Virus record (IMG/VR): IMGVR_UViG_3300012041_000044
Span: 1-36,566 of that record
Length of the DNA: 36,566 nucleotides
Direction: 5' to 3' (one strand)
Source: a virus
Part shown: in pieces, positions 34,363-36,566 of the stretch
How the letters are laid out: the number at the start of each line of letters is the position of its first letter
How positions within the stretch are numbered: position 1 is the stretch's first letter
Notes under the pieces: generated by a model
Told to the model about the DNA's origin: nothing
The model's input: the letters and a program-made list of their open reading frames with translations, nothing else
The model's database searches: none
Translations under genes and position numbers: made by a program

Positions 34363-34541
34363 ATCTTTATGCTGGTCACGTAGTGCAGGACATTAAAAAT
34401 TCTCAGTAGCCATAGGACTAAAACTATAACCAACGTGATATTCAAAATCTTTTTAACAGTCGCTTCCATGGGGATTAAATTAATTAGGTAAGCCACGATA
34501 CCAACGACTCCGACCGTGATGATTAAGGTTATTAAGCTCAT
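34359..34541 (-). CDS. Small two-TM membrane protein
   Basis: 60 aa and almost entirely hydrophobic (LITLIITVGVVGIVAYLINLIP ... ITLVIVLVLWLLRIF). Confidence 0.55.
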   Translation of the reverse strand: MSLITLIITVGVVGIVAYLINLIPMEATVKKILNITLVIVLVLWLLRIFNVLHYVTSIKI

Positions 34542-34873
34542 TTTTTCTCCATCTTCGTTAATCTCCGCTCATGGTCGTTGAGGATGTTGAATATTTTATC
34601 GATGTATGGGAACACAAGCGGAGTGCCGTTATTCCTAATCGGTTGATGCCCATCCTTCGGCTCATCCTCGATAACCCAATCATCTGATATAATATCCAAT
34701 GCGGTTAAGTTAAAGGAGGTAACTTTCTCGAATTCATCTAACCAGAGACTCCATTCCTTTCTCTTAAACCTCTTCCCCGACTTCACTGCCTCAATCAGAG
34801 TCAACGCATATTCCTCGTTGTTAAATGGAATGCCGTAAACCCCACTACAATCCAAAATATAAAAACGCCCCAA
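34538..34873 (-). CDS. DUF2829/Tad2-like small protein (candidate anti-Thoeris sponge); start uncertain (TTG)
   Basis: YALTLIEAVKSGKRFKRKEWSLWL ... LTALDIISDDWVIED resembles the DUF2829 pattern f.eAl.alk.GkkvrRk.W ... DlladDW.i. The middle is shorter than I remember for the family. Confidence 0.35.
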   Translation of the reverse strand: MGRFYILDCSGVYGIPFNNEEYALTLIEAVKSGKRFKRKEWSLWLDEFEKVTSFNLTALDIISDDWVIEDEPKDGHQPIRNNGTPLVFPYIDKIFNILNDHERRLTKMEKK

Positions 34874-35039
34874 GTAGGAACCGAGTCGTACGCATCAGCC
34901 ATCATATGCAGCCATGCTCTCATTAGAATGGCCGTCTCGCATACAATCCAAAATATAAAAACGCCCCAAGTAGGAAGCAAGTCGTACGCATCAGCCATCA
35001 TATGCAGCCATGCTCTCATTAGAATGGCCGTCTCGCATA
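34846..35039. repeat. Tandem duplication, two 96-bp units (94/96 identical) plus 2 nt
   Basis: 34846..34941 matches 34942..35037, with mismatches only at 34881/34977 and 34883/34979. Confidence 0.95.
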
Positions 35040-35204
35040 AAATACCAAGTCACTAAGCGTAGCCAGCACTAATGCCCTAAACTCTATCTCGGTCATTTCC
35101 AGTGCGGCCTCTATGGAGTTTTTCAGCGAGTCCCCATGAGTCCATACTTTCGGATCGAGAAACTTAACTACCTTGTCATGAATCGTTTTGTGATCTTCGC
35201 TCAC
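35019..35204 (-). CDS. Hypothetical small early protein
   Basis: 61-aa ORF. Its last 6 codons and its stop lie in repeat unit 2 of the tandem duplication. Confidence 0.55.
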   Translation of the reverse strand: MSEDHKTIHDKVVKFLDPKVWTHGDSLKNSIEAALEMTEIEFRALVLATLSDLVFYARRPF

Positions 35205-35253
35205 GTCTCACCATTTTCTATCTTCTGACTCTGTGTAGATGCAATTCCCATGC

Positions 35254-35445
35254 CTATTCCTGCGGCTTATCCCTGAAACAAACGAGGTTATATATCCCGC
35301 CCACAAAATCGCCTCCACATTGTTCAACCCATCGGTTGGCCCAATCGAGGATGGTTAAATCGCTATAATAATTGCGCATCATGTTCACTAAATCCTCAAG
35401 TCCAGGATGGAGTGCCGCAAGCTCATCGATGGACTTCCAACTCAC
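35254..35445 (-). CDS. Hypothetical small early protein
   Basis: 63-aa ORF with a 4-nt overlap with the upstream gene. Confidence 0.55.
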   Translation of the reverse strand: MSWKSIDELAALHPGLEDLVNMMRNYYSDLTILDWANRWVEQCGGDFVGGIYNLVCFRDKPQE

Positions 35446-35678
35446 TCCTCACCTCTAATTTTCTTTAGGGCTTCTGCGCTAACGAAATTAGCCCAGTCAC
35501 CAACGGGATATCTATTTTTCAACATCATAAGAGCCTCTATCGCTGTCTCAAGACGAGAAAGAATAAATGGGATGTCATCTACCTCAATATCGACGCCCTC
35601 TTCGTGGTTAAGAAGCCTTTGTTGCTCCATAGACGTTAATTGGCGCAATCGCGCTTTTATTTCGTCTAGCCTATTCAC
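35442..35678 (-). CDS. Hypothetical small helical early protein (GTG start); contains 32-nt repeat copy B
   Basis: 78-aa ORF with 4-nt overlaps at both ends. Confidence 0.55.
   Translation of the reverse strand: MNRLDEIKARLRQLTSMEQQRLLNHEEGVDIEVDDIPFILSRLETAIEALMMLKNRYPVGDWANFVSAEALKKIRGEE
35617..35648. repeat. Exact 32-nt direct repeat, copy B
   Basis: Identical to 31171..31202. Here it is read in a different frame (RLRQLTSMEQQRL). Confidence 0.95.
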
Positions 35679-35962
35679 GCCTGATGCTCCTTCTCATAAG
35701 CTTCTTTCTCGAAAGAGATATTCCGATAAGCTGCGTCGTGAGATTTATATCGAATTAGGTTCCTCACATACTCACAAAGATAGCAGAAGTAGAACGTGAA
35801 CACCCCAAGAGTAGCGATCTGATCTAAATGGACCTGCTCATGTCGTATTGTCGAGGGTCTCGTCTTTTCTTCCGAGTGTTTGAAATAGACCCCCCATGGA
35901 AGCGTGATAGCTTCGTAGCGGGATAGAGGCCAAAACTTGAAGGCCCAATGATTAAAGTTCAT
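35675..35962 (-). CDS. Small HExxH (zincin-like, DUF4157-like) protein
   Basis: AITLPWGVYFKHSEEKTRPSTIRHEQVHLDQ follows the pattern a.Tlg..i.f...(n)..HE..H..Q. It is followed by a hydrophobic helix and FEKEAYEKE. Confidence 0.4.
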   Translation of the reverse strand: MNFNHWAFKFWPLSRYEAITLPWGVYFKHSEEKTRPSTIRHEQVHLDQIATLGVFTFYFCYLCEYVRNLIRYKSHDAAYRNISFEKEAYEKEHQA

Positions 35963-36026
35963 TTAGTTGGTATTCCATCTAAGTACTCAATGATCGCGGC
36001 CCATTAGATCCACCTTTTGGTAAGAA

Positions 36027-36566
36027 CTATTCGTGCTTTGGAACACCCGCTTGATAATCCTTAAATGAAATCTTCTCGTTTAAGTATCGGGTCACTCGCT
36101 CTATCTGCTCAATCGTTAAATCACCACTTCTAGCTTGTCCGTATTCATTGAATATGAAGACACCCACTTCTTCTGGCTTCCATTCAGACTGCTTCTGCGC
36201 CTCATAGAGTGCTCTTATAGCTAGTGTTTTTGGGTCATTCTGCGGAACCGCCTTAGGTGCTTGTTTTGCTAATTGCGGCATTCTACGTTCCTCCTCAATA
36301 ACGTCCATTTCGTCTGCTGATACCTCACTCCCACCCACTAGATTCATTACAGCACGGTTAAAAGCTCGGCTGTGCGCCGTACCTCTTGCTACGTGTGCTG
36401 TCACTTCTCTTCCCTTTTCCTTCGTATTACACGCCCCATCTCCATCGGCCTCTGCTCCATTAGGGGCTGAGGCTCTATAGATAATCTCATAGGTAATCGT
36501 CTTATTTTCTTCCGCGACCCTATGCTCTGTATGAACAACCACGGAGAGGTTAAAGAACTTGGCAAT
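36027..36566 (-). CDS. C-terminal part of the putative single-strand annealing (Rad52/ERF-superfamily-like) protein that starts at 315 across the junction
   Basis: The frame is open to the window end and is continuous with 1..315 through the terminal repeat. GTAHSRAFNRAVMNLVGGSEVSADEMD resembles the conserved helix plus G-G plus acidic tail that I associate with phage SSAPs. The functional call is tentative. Confidence 0.4.
   Translation of the reverse strand: MAKFFNLSVVVHTEHRVAEENKTITYEIIYRASAPNGAEADGDGACNTKEKGREVTAHVARGTAHSRAFNRAVMNLVGGSEVSADEMDVIEEERRMPQLAKQAPKAVPQNDPKTLAIRALYEAQKQSEWKPEEVGVFIFNEYGQARSGDLTIEQIERVTRYLNEKISFKDYQAGVPKHE
36444..36566. repeat. Terminal direct repeat, copy 2 (identical to 1..123)
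   Basis: Exact 123-nt match to the window start. Confidence 0.95.

Noticed and set aside
34801-35019. 72-aa ORF with a duplicated MRAWLHMMADAYD..PTWGVFIFWIV peptide
   Set aside because: I did not call it as a CDS because it exists only through the 96-bp duplication and overlaps the 111-aa ORF by 73 nt. Its TAATG-coupled start keeps it plausible, so it is discussed under findings instead.
34846-35039. CRISPR array or other spacer-repeat structure
   Set aside because: There are only two directly abutting 96-bp units with no intervening unique spacers, the unit is far longer than a CRISPR repeat, and no cas genes are present.
1-36566. Diversity-generating retroelement, retron or other RT-based system linked to the fibre genes
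   Set aside because: No reverse-transcriptase-like ORF was seen, and no template/variable repeat pair near either fibre gene.

Overview
The window is a complete double-stranded DNA phage genome. Its first 123 nt are repeated exactly as its last 123 nt, so the unique length is about 36.44 kb. That overlap is either a circular-closure artefact of assembly or a short direct terminal repeat. Coding density is very high and most genes are on the minus strand.

A long minus-strand operon runs from 31883 down to 2112. In order it encodes:
- a nucleotide-sugar biosynthesis cassette
- small and large terminase subunits
- portal protein
- a 4.7-kb block of fibre-like and beta-rich accessory genes
- scaffold and major capsid protein
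- a 3.3-kb accessory block: a Maf/DUF115-like glycosyltransferase, three tandem small paralogues and a C2H2 zinc-finger protein
- adaptor-like and nozzle-like tail proteins
- Ala/Gly/Gln-rich internal virion proteins
- tail fibre, then holin-like protein and an M15 endolysin

The core order is podovirus-like, and no tape measure, sheath or tube genes are present.

A minus-strand early block runs from 315 across the contig junction to 33548. It encodes small proteins, including a putative single-strand annealing protein, an HExxH protein and a DUF2829/Tad2-like protein. There are two short plus-strand blocks. Block 677..2119 has a lipoprotein and membrane proteins. Block 32025..33551 has two small proteins, a 0.69-kb ORF-free structured region and a VRR-NUC-like nuclease.

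I could not recognise a DNA or RNA polymerase, primase/helicase, integrase or repressor.

The most interesting signal is a two-part candidate protein-glycosylation system. One part is a PseB/PseH/PseF-like sugar cassette with a class III aminotransferase at the head of the late operon. The other is a Maf-like transferase embedded in the capsid module next to triplicated Ser/Thr/Ala-rich small proteins. Together they suggest nonulosonate-type glycosylation of virion proteins.

Other points worth a second look:
- the ORF-free dyad-rich region
- an exact 32-nt direct repeat shared by two unrelated genes
- a 96-bp tandem duplication across a gene junction
- a tRNA 3'-half-like element
- two candidate anti-defence or antitoxin-like small proteins

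All family assignments come from motif recognition by eye and need HMM or structure searches.
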